A stretch of DNA of 48,425 nt from Synergistaceae bacterium (GTDB lineage Bacteria > Synergistota > Synergistia > Synergistales > Synergistaceae): contig JAZUJX010000101.1 in assembly GCA_045642965.1 (NCBI GenBank), forward strand, positions 1 through 48,425, written 5' to 3'. The notes beneath the pieces are model-generated. The model did no database searches. It saw only the letters and a list, made by a program, of their open reading frames with translations, and was not told the DNA's origin. Each line of letters opens with the position of its first letter. Within the stretch, counting starts at the first letter, position 1. A program made the translations under genes and the position numbers. Shown in pieces: positions 1 to 8,266 of this stretch.

Positions 1-945
<945 letters not shown>

Positions 946-1185
946 TTAGTTTGCTACCTTTACCATGCTGTGACGTACGACGGTGTCTTTGTACATATAA
1001 CCCTTCTGAAGCTCCTCGGCTACGATGTTTTCGCCAAAGTTCTCATCCTCTACATGCATCACCGCGTTGTGAAAATCCGGATTGAATTCCTGTCCGACTG
1101 CCTCTATGCTCTTTACGCCGGCTTCTTCAAGGCCGGAGATAAGCTGCGTGTATATCTTATCCATACCGAGTGCCACGCCGCTTTC
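946..1185 (-). pseudogene. grpE: grpE 3' remnant: last ~79 codons plus stop. It lacks the N-terminal ~100 codons that encode the long dimerisation helix and first bundle helix.
   Basis: This is the same reading frame as ORF 946..1650. GrpE similarity starts only around residue 156 of that ORF, and there is no independent start codon or RBS for a full GrpE. Confidence 0.6.
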
Positions 1186-1650
1186 TTTTTCCTCTGCCGT
1201 TTCATCCGGACAGAAGCGCCTTGCGTATTCCGCAAGCGCGGTATTTGCGCCTGAAACGTAGGAGTGCATGCTGTTTGTGGCAAAGCCGAAAGCCGGTATG
1301 CCTGTGCGCTGTTCGACAAGCTTTGCGACGGCTTTGAAATCAGTGCCTAACATTGAAGGAATTATGGTTCCCGCTATTGCTATGAATTCAGGCTTAAGCT
1401 GCACGGCAGTTTCCGCAATGTCGTTTATCAGTTTTTCGTCGCGTCCGAGGAGCGCGTCAAACTGCTCAAGCGCAGAGATATAGACGGCTGACGGCTTTGT
1501 AAACCAGCGCGGCTCGTCGTGCGTCGCGTAGGTTGAGTTGCAGCCTGAGGGGTCGTGCATTACAATCAGCCCTCCAAGCTCATAGAGAGCCGAGGAAACA
1601 CCCATTACGTCGGCGGTATAGGTTGAGAGTATTCTGTTAACCTGCTTCAC
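946..1650 (-). CDS. Chimeric 234-aa ORF. Residues 1 to ~147 are the N-terminal part of a nitrogenase component-1-type (NifD/K-fold, Oxidored_nitro) protein; residues ~156-234 are the C-terminal domain of GrpE.
   Basis: GTG start at 1650. The N-terminus, [45 protein letters not shown]...[16 protein letters not shown]...[26 protein letters not shown], matches my recollection of the Firmicute nitrogenase-component-1-like family, whose members are normally ~430 aa. The C-terminus, [77 protein letters not shown], aligns nearly residue for residue with the B. subtilis GrpE C-terminus (..[57 protein letters not shown]). The position upstream of dnaK is the canonical grpE slot. Confidence 0.8.
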   Translation of the reverse strand: [234 protein letters not shown]

Positions 1651-2950
1651 AGCATCCGCACCCCCAGCCTTTTATCTGTATCAGGTTAATGTCTTTTTCG
1701 TTTTCCGCGGCATCGCGCATTTCGCGAAGAAGCCTGATTATTCCGTCAAAGCCCCACAGCCCTGCGCCTTCGACAATGTTCACAAAGTGCGGCGTTCTGT
1801 TGAAAAATGCCGCTTTCTGCCCCACCGCAAGCACGTTTCTTTCGCCGTGCGGAAGGAACTGCGCAGCAGGATTGAGTGTGGAATATATTTTGAGCTGCGG
1901 CGCGCTTTTTTTCAGCCGTTCAAACGCCGCACTGTCGCCTTCGGCGAATACGTTGCCGTAAACGCCCGTGACGTTGAAGCCGTGCGCAAGCAGATATTCC
2001 GCAAATTCAAGCGGAAGCGGCACCGCAGTATAGTCTGTTTCTACCGGCATGTCTTTTACAATTTTCTTTGTTTCAAGCGCTTCTATTTCGGTTTCTTCTT
2101 TCAGCTTTTCAACGTCGGGCATTTCACAGCCGAGCGTTTCCGCAGCAAGGCGGAGAGAACCTTCAATTTTCGCGTAGTCAAAGCAGAGAGGAAGTATGAG
2201 AGCCTTCTGTCCGAGTCTTTCGCTCAGCGCAAGGTTTCCGCTGTCCGAATAAGGCATTGTGCTGATGTTTGCAACGCTTCCGCCCATGCTCTGAAATTCT
2301 TCGTAGGTTTTGCAGCTGCATACGTCCTTTATTTCATATCCTGCGTTTTCAAGCATCTGCACAAGCTCGCAGCTTTCGGGAAGCGCCTTTACGTTTCCGA
2401 GGATATTGACGCTTTTTCCTTTTGCTTCCGGTTTCAGCAGGGTGTACATCTGCTTTCTCAAAAGCGGCTCTGCCTGCCCTGCTGTCTTGCGCATTATGAG
2501 GTTCATATAGCAGTCGGCAAAGTCAACGTCCGGAAATTTCTTCCGCAGTTCGGAATAGACAAAATTTAAATCGCATCCAATGAAATTGTGTATGCAGGTT
2601 GTAAAAAGAAGTACGGCTTTCGGGCGTTTCGGAAGCTTTTCAAGTATGTCCGAAACACCGTCGATAATCAGCGCGTCTATTTTTCCGTCAATCAGATTTT
2701 TTTCTTCCACCGCTATCGTTGAGAAACGCTCCATACAGCCCATTTCGGCGGCGGTCAGAACAACTCCGCGAAGGCACGCCTGCGCCGCGGCATAAATCTG
2801 ATGGCTTTCGGGAACCAGCATTCCCACGTGGACGATATTCCAGTTGCCCCGTGCAGGCGGACTGTATTCGAGCGACGATTTGAAAGGCGCAGGGAACTGC
2901 GCTTCGGCTATATTCACGACAGCGTTTCTTTCGTTTAGTGCCCTTAACAT
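1637..2950 (-). CDS. Nitrogenase component-1-type oxidoreductase (NifD/K/E/N fold), function unknown
   Basis: The ORF-track protein contains ..SLEYSPPARGNWNIVHVGMLVPESHQIYAAAQACLRG...LLFTTCIHNFIGCDLNFVYSELRKKFPDVDFADCYMN.., typical of the uncharacterised Oxidored_nitro family. I trimmed the start to the ATG at 2950 (MLRALNE), 1 nt after the upstream gene's TAA (2944-2946). The longer track ORF would overlap that gene by 115 nt. The 3' end overlaps the next ORF by 14 nt. Confidence 0.8.
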   Translation of the reverse strand: MLRALNERNAVVNIAEAQFPAPFKSSLEYSPPARGNWNIVHVGMLVPESHQIYAAAQACLRGVVLTAAEMGCMERFSTIAVEEKNLIDGKIDALIIDGVSDILEKLPKRPKAVLLFTTCIHNFIGCDLNFVYSELRKKFPDVDFADCYMNLIMRKTAGQAEPLLRKQMYTLLKPEAKGKSVNILGNVKALPESCELVQMLENAGYEIKDVCSCKTYEEFQSMGGSVANISTMPYSDSGNLALSERLGQKALILPLCFDYAKIEGSLRLAAETLGCEMPDVEKLKEETEIEALETKKIVKDMPVETDYTAVPLPLEFAEYLLAHGFNVTGVYGNVFAEGDSAAFERLKKSAPQLKIYSTLNPAAQFLPHGERNVLAVGQKAAFFNRTPHFVNIVEGAGLWGFDGIIRLLREMRDAAENEKDINLIQIKGWGCGCCEAG

Positions 2951-3855
2951 TTTATTCCCCTGCCTGCCTGTATTTTTCTCATTTTGCATACAAAGAAGCC
3001 TTCGTAAAGCTCTGTCGGCTTTACGCACAGGGCGCCGCTGATTTTTGACGGAAGACACGGGATTGTTTCCATGCCTTCAAATGAGAATGGCACAATTTCA
3101 AATCCGCTGTCCAAAATTTTCAGCACGTTGTCTTCGTTTTCGCTTTCAAGCACGGAGCAGGTGGAATAGACAAGTTCCCCGCCTTTTTTCACAAGCCCCG
3201 CCGCTTTTTTCAGCAGTGAAAGCTGAAGTGCCGCGCTTTTTGAAACAAATTCTTCCGTAAAACCTTCCGGAAGTTTTCCGCCGCTTAAATTCAGGGTTCC
3301 GCTTCCGCTGCACGGCGCGTCAAGCAGTACTTTGTCAAACGAGAGGAAATTATCAAGACGCCTTGCGTCCTGCACCATTACGTACACGGAGTTTGCGCCC
3401 TGCCTTGCAAGGTTGAATTTAAGTTTTTCCGCGCGGATTTTATTGCGTTCGCACGCCGTAACGTGAGCCCTGTTCGCCGAAAGCGCAGCAAGCTGCGTTG
3501 TTTTTCCCCCGGGGGCTGCCGCCATATCCAGTATGTCTTCGCCTGCCTTAGGGTTAAGGACTATCGGCGGAAGCATTGAGGAAAGGCTCTGCAGATATAT
3601 TTTCCCTTCCATGTATTCCGGAAACTCCCATACGGCGCTTTCACGCGCATTTTTTAGAATAAACGCTTCCCTGCTCCACGCGGCGTTCTCAAATTCAATT
3701 CCGGCTGACACAAGCGTCTGCGCAATTTCTTCCGCGCTGCTTTTCAGCAGATTGGCGCGAAGCGTGACGGCACGGTTACATGACAGACCGCTGAAAATTT
3801 CTCCGGCCGTTTCTTCCCCGTACTGCTGTTCAAGAATTTCGCGCAGGAATTCCAT
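2944..3855 (-). CDS. RsmB/RsmF-family SAM-dependent RNA cytosine-C5 methyltransferase, with no NusB-like N-domain
   Basis: Motifs present: DMAAAPGGKTTQLA (SAM motif I), LLDAPCSGSGT (motif IV, catalytic Cys) and LVYSTCS (motif VI). The track start at 3873 is a TTG that overlaps the divergent promoter, so the ATG at 3855 (MEFLREIL) is preferred. Confidence 0.88.
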   Translation of the reverse strand: MEFLREILEQQYGEETAGEIFSGLSCNRAVTLRANLLKSSAEEIAQTLVSAGIEFENAAWSREAFILKNARESAVWEFPEYMEGKIYLQSLSSMLPPIVLNPKAGEDILDMAAAPGGKTTQLAALSANRAHVTACERNKIRAEKLKFNLARQGANSVYVMVQDARRLDNFLSFDKVLLDAPCSGSGTLNLSGGKLPEGFTEEFVSKSAALQLSLLKKAAGLVKKGGELVYSTCSVLESENEDNVLKILDSGFEIVPFSFEGMETIPCLPSKISGALCVKPTELYEGFFVCKMRKIQAGRGIKC

Positions 3856-3867
3856 ATCCCCAACCCC

Positions 3868-3895
3868 TTGCAAAATAGCGTATATGCGCTAAACT
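3868..3895 (+). promoter_or_regulatory. Candidate sigma70-type promoter for the malic enzyme gene
   Basis: TTGCAA (3868-3873), a 16-nt spacer, then TAAACT (3890-3895). An AAGGAG RBS lies ~10 nt before the ATG at 3935. Confidence 0.4.
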
Positions 3896-3934
3896 GTACA
3901 GGTCAATTATACAGGAATAAGGAGATTTGAGACC

Positions 3935-5107
3935 ATGAATTATGCTGACGAGTCGCTTAAACTGCACAGACAGTGGAAAGGCAAGATAGAGGTTGTTTCC
4001 GCAGTAAAGCTTGAAACGAAAGAGGATCTGTCGCTTGCCTATACGCCTGGCGTCGCGCAGCCGTGCCTTGAAATTCAGAAGGACGTGCAGAAAAGCTACG
4101 ACCTGACGCGCAGACACAATCTCTGCCTCGTCGTAACCGACGGAAGCGCGGTGCTGGGGCTTGGAAACATAGGGCCTGAAGCGGGAATGCCTGTTATGGA
4201 AGGAAAATGCGTGCTTTTCAAAACCTTCGGCGGCGTTGACGCTTTTCCTCTCTGCGTAAAATCAAACGACGTTGACGAAATCGTCAACACAATTTACATG
4301 ATTTCGGGAAGCTTCGGCGGCGTTAACCTTGAAGATATTGCCGCACCTCGCTGCTTTGAAATTGAAAAGAAACTGAAGGAAAAATGCGACATACCCATTT
4401 TCCACGACGACCAGCACGGAACGGCGATAGTTACCCTCGCAGGGCTTATCAACGCTCTCAAACTGACCGGCAGAACCAAAGATAACGTTAAAATAGTGAT
4501 TAACGGGGCAGGGGCTGCCGCCATTTCGATTACAAAGCTTCTGTTAAGTTACGGCTTTAAAGACATTACTCTCTGCGACAGAAAAGGCGCAATATACGAA
4601 GGGCGCGGCGGGCTTAATCCTGTTAAAGAGGAAATCGCTCTCCTCACTAACAAAAGCAGAACTTCCGGCGGGCTTTCCGAGACAGTCAGGGGCGCAGACG
4701 TGTTTATAGGCGTTTCGGCGCCGAATGTGCTTACGACGGAAATGGTAAAAACAATGGCGAAAGACTGCATAATCTTTGCCTGCGCCAATCCGACGCCGGA
4801 AATTTTCCCGGAAGACGCAAAAGCAGGCGGTGCAAAAGTCATCGCGACAGGCAGAAGCGACTATCCGAACCAGATTAACAACGTGCTCGCCTTCCCCGGC
4901 GTATTCAGGGGCACCTTTGACGTACGCGCTTCGGACATCAACGAAGAGATGAAGCTCGCCGCCGCTCACGCAATCGCGAACCTTATTTCGGACGAGGAAC
5001 TTAACGAAGATTACATTATCCCCGCCCCGTTTGACAAACGCGTTGCGCAGACGGTCGCAAAAGCCGTTGCACAGGCGGCAAAAGACAGCGGCGTCGCAAG
5101 GATATAA
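3935..5107 (+). CDS. NAD(P)-dependent malic enzyme (oxaloacetate-decarboxylating malate dehydrogenase), short form without a PTA domain
   Basis: Motifs LSLAYTPGVA, VVTDGSAVLGLGNIG, GGVNLEDIAAPRCFEIE, FHDDQHGTAIV and INGAGAAA. Confidence 0.95.
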   Translation: MNYADESLKLHRQWKGKIEVVSAVKLETKEDLSLAYTPGVAQPCLEIQKDVQKSYDLTRRHNLCLVVTDGSAVLGLGNIGPEAGMPVMEGKCVLFKTFGGVDAFPLCVKSNDVDEIVNTIYMISGSFGGVNLEDIAAPRCFEIEKKLKEKCDIPIFHDDQHGTAIVTLAGLINALKLTGRTKDNVKIVINGAGAAAISITKLLLSYGFKDITLCDRKGAIYEGRGGLNPVKEEIALLTNKSRTSGGLSETVRGADVFIGVSAPNVLTTEMVKTMAKDCIIFACANPTPEIFPEDAKAGGAKVIATGRSDYPNQINNVLAFPGVFRGTFDVRASDINEEMKLAAAHAIANLISDEELNEDYIIPAPFDKRVAQTVAKAVAQAAKDSGVARI

Positions 5108-5122
5108 ACTTTATCGCAAACG

Positions 5123-5154
5123 AAAAAAGCCTTCGGTCTCCCGAAGGCTTTTTT
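5123..5154. terminator. Bidirectional intrinsic terminator between the convergent malic enzyme and tpiA genes
   Basis: AAAAAA-GCCTTCGG-tctc-CCGAAGGC-TTTTTT: a perfect 8-bp GC-rich stem flanked by an A-run and a T-run. Confidence 0.85.
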
Positions 5155-5173
5155 CGTTCGTTTGTTTGCAATG

Positions 5174-5953
5174 TTATATCGCGGCTTTGCAGATTTCGAT
5201 AAAGCTGCCGTATTTGAGCGAGGCGCCTCCGACAAGGACTCCGTCGATGTCCGGCTGTGCCATGATGTCTGCGGTGTTGTCAGCCTTGACGCTTCCGCCG
5301 TAAAGTATGAGGACGTTTTCGGCAAAGTCCGCACCGTAAAGTTCTTTTACCGTTTCGCGCACAAATTTGCATATTTCTTCGGCATCCGCAGGGGTAGCCG
5401 TTTTGCCGGTGCCTATTGCCCATACCGGCTCGTATGCGATTATGAATTTGTCCGCCACAGTCTGAATGTCTTTCATTCCTTCGACAAGCTGTGCTTTGAT
5501 TACGTCAAACGCCGTGCCGTTTTCTCTTTCTTCAAGCGTTTCGCCGACGCAGTAGACAGGCGTCATTCCGGCTTTGACCGCGGAAAGAAGCTTTCTGTTA
5601 AGGAATTCATTGGTTTCGCCGAATATGTGGCGTCTTTCCGAATGTCCGATCAGAACGTAATTTATTCCGAGTTCCTGAAGCATCGGTATCGAAACTTCGC
5701 CCGTGAATGCTCCCGATTCTTTGTCGTTAACGTTCTGTGCACCGACAATCATAAGCGGGTCAGGTTTGCATTCAAGCGCTTTAGCAAGCGAGAGGAACGG
5801 CGGAAAAACCGCAATCTGAAGCTGTTTTGTGCCGACTGCCCTGAAAAGCTTGTCATCGTTTTCAAGCAGCGAGCCGAAGCCTTTCATAAAATCTTCGGCA
5901 GCGGCTGTTCCGTTGTTCATTTTCCAGTTTCCGGCTGCAAATATTTTTCTCAT
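5174..5953 (-). CDS. tpiA: Triosephosphate isomerase
   Basis: Motifs AGNWKMN, IGHSERR and AYEPVWAIGTG. Confidence 0.97.
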   Translation of the reverse strand: MRKIFAAGNWKMNNGTAAAEDFMKGFGSLLENDDKLFRAVGTKQLQIAVFPPFLSLAKALECKPDPLMIVGAQNVNDKESGAFTGEVSIPMLQELGINYVLIGHSERRHIFGETNEFLNRKLLSAVKAGMTPVYCVGETLEERENGTAFDVIKAQLVEGMKDIQTVADKFIIAYEPVWAIGTGKTATPADAEEICKFVRETVKELYGADFAENVLILYGGSVKADNTADIMAQPDIDGVLVGGASLKYGSFIEICKAAI

Positions 5954-5964
5954 TTTTCTGCCTC

Positions 5965-5991
5965 CAAAAAATGCTCCGCTGCGCGGAGCAT
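5965..5991 (-). terminator. Terminator-like hairpin with U-tract between pgk and tpiA; possible partial terminator or processing site
   Basis: The minus strand reads ATGCTCCGC-gca-GCGGAGCAT-TTTTTT, followed by GGAGG and the tpiA ATG. Confidence 0.5.
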
Positions 5992-5995
5992 AAAA

Positions 5996-7186
5996 TTACT
6001 CTTTAATTATATAGGGCTCTATGCCGGGAAGCATTTTGCCTTCAAAGAATTCAAGGCTGGCGCCTCCGCCGGTTGACACGTGCGATACCTGTTTCGCGAA
6101 ACCGAAAAGGGTGGCCGCCGCCGCTGAATCCCCGCCTCCGGCTATTGTCAAAGCGCCTTTTTCCGTCGCTTCGGCTATTGCCTTTGCCACCAGACGGGTT
6201 CCCTCCGCAAAAGCTGGCATTTCAAAAACTCCCATAGGGCCGTTCCAAAGCACCGTTTTTGCGTTGTGAATTATTTCCGTAAATTCGGCAACAGTTTTTG
6301 GCCCGATATCAAGCCCGATTTTGTTTGCCGGCATATTGTCGGCATCAACCGTGATATAAGGAGAATCGGCTCTGAATTCGTCCGCAAAGATAAAATCCTT
6401 CGGCAGGACTATCTTTACGCCGAGTTTCTCCGCCTTGCGGAGCATTTCCGCCGCAAAGCCGAGTTTTTCCGTTTCGCAGAGCGATCTTCCTATTTCGTAG
6501 CCGAGTGCCTTCATGAAGGTAAATGCCATTCCGCCGCCTACAAGCACGTAATCGGTCTTGTCAAGCATGTTCTCAACCACACCGATTTTGTCGGAAACTT
6601 TTGAGCCGCCCAATATCAGAACGTAAGGCTTTTCAGGCTTTTCACACGGTGCGGAAAGCATTGTTATCTCTTTTGCCATAAGATGTCCTGCAAAGGAGGG
6701 AAGTATTTCCGTGAGAGCTCTTGTTGACGTGTGCGCTCTGTGCGCAACGCTGAAAGCGTCCATTACGTAGGCGCAGAACGGTGCTGCAAGCTTGCGCGCG
6801 AATTCCGGTGAATTTTTGCTTTCATCGGCATGGAAACGCACGTTTTCAAGCATAAGTATTTCGTCAATCTGGGCGGCGACAGCGTCTTCGACGAGGGGAC
6901 CTGTGCAGTCGCGCACAAAGCGGACTTTAAAGCCTGAAATTTCGGCGAATTTTTCACCGACCGGCTTCAGCGAGCATTTTGGGTCCGCAACGCCTTTAGG
7001 TCGTCCGAAATGGGAAAGCAGAGAAACCCTCGCGCCCATGTCCATCAGCGCTTTAATTGTCGGAATGTGCGATTCAAGGCGTGTAACGTCGGTTACCTGC
7101 CCGTCCTGCATAGGAACGTTGAAATCTACCCTGACAAGAACCTTCTTTCCTGCCACGTCAGACGGCGTAAAGGTTTTCAGCCGCAT
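5996..7186 (-). CDS. pgk: Phosphoglycerate kinase
   Basis: Motifs VRVDFNVP, LSHFGRPKG, IAGGGDSAAA and STGGGASLEF. Confidence 0.97.
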   Translation of the reverse strand: MRLKTFTPSDVAGKKVLVRVDFNVPMQDGQVTDVTRLESHIPTIKALMDMGARVSLLSHFGRPKGVADPKCSLKPVGEKFAEISGFKVRFVRDCTGPLVEDAVAAQIDEILMLENVRFHADESKNSPEFARKLAAPFCAYVMDAFSVAHRAHTSTRALTEILPSFAGHLMAKEITMLSAPCEKPEKPYVLILGGSKVSDKIGVVENMLDKTDYVLVGGGMAFTFMKALGYEIGRSLCETEKLGFAAEMLRKAEKLGVKIVLPKDFIFADEFRADSPYITVDADNMPANKIGLDIGPKTVAEFTEIIHNAKTVLWNGPMGVFEMPAFAEGTRLVAKAIAEATEKGALTIAGGGDSAAAATLFGFAKQVSHVSTGGGASLEFFEGKMLPGIEPYIIKE

Positions 7187-7189
7187 AAT

Positions 7190-8206
7190 TTAGACTCCTT
7201 TTGAAAGGATGTAATCCGCAAGGTCAACAACTCTGTTGCTGTATGCCCATTCGTTGTCATACCACGAGAGGATTTTTATCATGTCACCCATGACGTAGGT
7301 ATGCTCAGGCGCAAACACCGATGAGTTGGCGTCTCCGCAGAAGTCCATTGAAACCGTATCTTTTTCGGCATAGCCGAGTATGCCTTTGAGTTCGCCTTCA
7401 GAGTATTCTTTCATAGCCGCGTTGATTTCTTCGACCGTTGCAGGTTTCTCAAGCACGGCTGTCAGGTCAACGACGGAAACGTCAGGCGTTGGAACGCGGA
7501 GCGCAAAGCCGTTGAGTTTGCCTTTGAGTTCCGGCATTACGAGAGAAATGGCTTTGGCTGCCCCCGTCGTTGTCGGGACTATTGACAAAGCCGCCGCACG
7601 TCCGCGTACAATTTTGGGACGCGGTATGTCAAGAATTGCCTGGTCGTTTGTATATGAATGAATTGTGTTCATAAGACCTTTGACAATGCCGAATTTCTCC
7701 TGAAGCACCTTGCATACGGGGGCAAGGCAGTTCGTCGTGCAGGAGGCGTTTGAAACGATGCTGTGTTTCGCAGGATCGTATATTTTCTCGTTGACGCCCA
7801 TAACTATTGTCGCGTCTTCATTTTTCGCAGGCGCGGAAATGATGACCTTTTTCGCTCCTGCTTCAATATGGGCCTTCGCTTTGTCTGCGTCCGTAAAACG
7901 TCCGGTTGACTCTATAACGAGGTCAACGCCCATTTCCTTCCACGGAAGCTTTGCAGGATCCGGCTCAGCGACAGCTTTGATTCTCTGTCCGTTGACGACA
8001 AGCGTGTCGCCGTCGAGCTGTACGTCTCCCTGGAATCTTCTGAAGGTTGAGTCGTATTTCAGCAGATACGCTAGCGTTTCGGGCGGTGTCAGGTCGTTGA
8101 TCGCCACAATTTCAAAATTGTTTTCCTTGCCGTTCGTAAAGAAAGCCCTGGTCGTAAGACGACCTATGCGTCCAAAACCGTTGATTGCAACTCTGTACTT
8201 TGTCAT
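7190..8206 (-). CDS. gap: Glyceraldehyde-3-phosphate dehydrogenase
   Basis: Motifs [21 protein letters not shown] and WYDNEW. Confidence 0.97.
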   Translation of the reverse strand: MTKYRVAINGFGRIGRLTTRAFFTNGKENNFEIVAINDLTPPETLAYLLKYDSTFRRFQGDVQLDGDTLVVNGQRIKAVAEPDPAKLPWKEMGVDLVIESTGRFTDADKAKAHIEAGAKKVIISAPAKNEDATIVMGVNEKIYDPAKHSIVSNASCTTNCLAPVCKVLQEKFGIVKGLMNTIHSYTNDQAILDIPRPKIVRGRAAALSIVPTTTGAAKAISLVMPELKGKLNGFALRVPTPDVSVVDLTAVLEKPATVEEINAAMKEYSEGELKGILGYAEKDTVSMDFCGDANSSVFAPEHTYVMGDMIKILSWYDNEWAYSNRVVDLADYILSKGV

Positions 8207-8266
8207 TGCCGTTTCACTCCCTGTTCGTCATCGGACTAAACGTCCGGTAAATTTTTGGTATGCTGT

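Noticed and set aside
3830-4117. 95-aa minus-strand ORF overlapping the malic enzyme 5' end.
   Set aside because: It is antisense to a strongly supported CDS and spans the divergent promoter region.
5129-5148. A shared 14-mer, CGGTCTCCCGAAGG, occurs in this terminator and in the one at 33819..33842. I considered whether it marks a repeat family.
   Set aside because: My rough estimate is that several identical 14-mers are expected by chance in 48 kb when both strands are counted. Both copies are ordinary GC-rich hairpins with a small GAA-containing loop.
5162-6076. 304-aa plus-strand ORF antisense to tpiA/pgk. Similar long antisense ORFs occur at 1787..2569, 18070..18804, 19154..19903, 21887..22558 and 44812..45612.
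   Set aside because: Each lies entirely opposite a gene with unmistakable conserved motifs. Their compositions are Phe/Arg/Lys/Cys-rich and low-complexity, and none has an RBS. They are classic shadow ORFs of the real coding frame.
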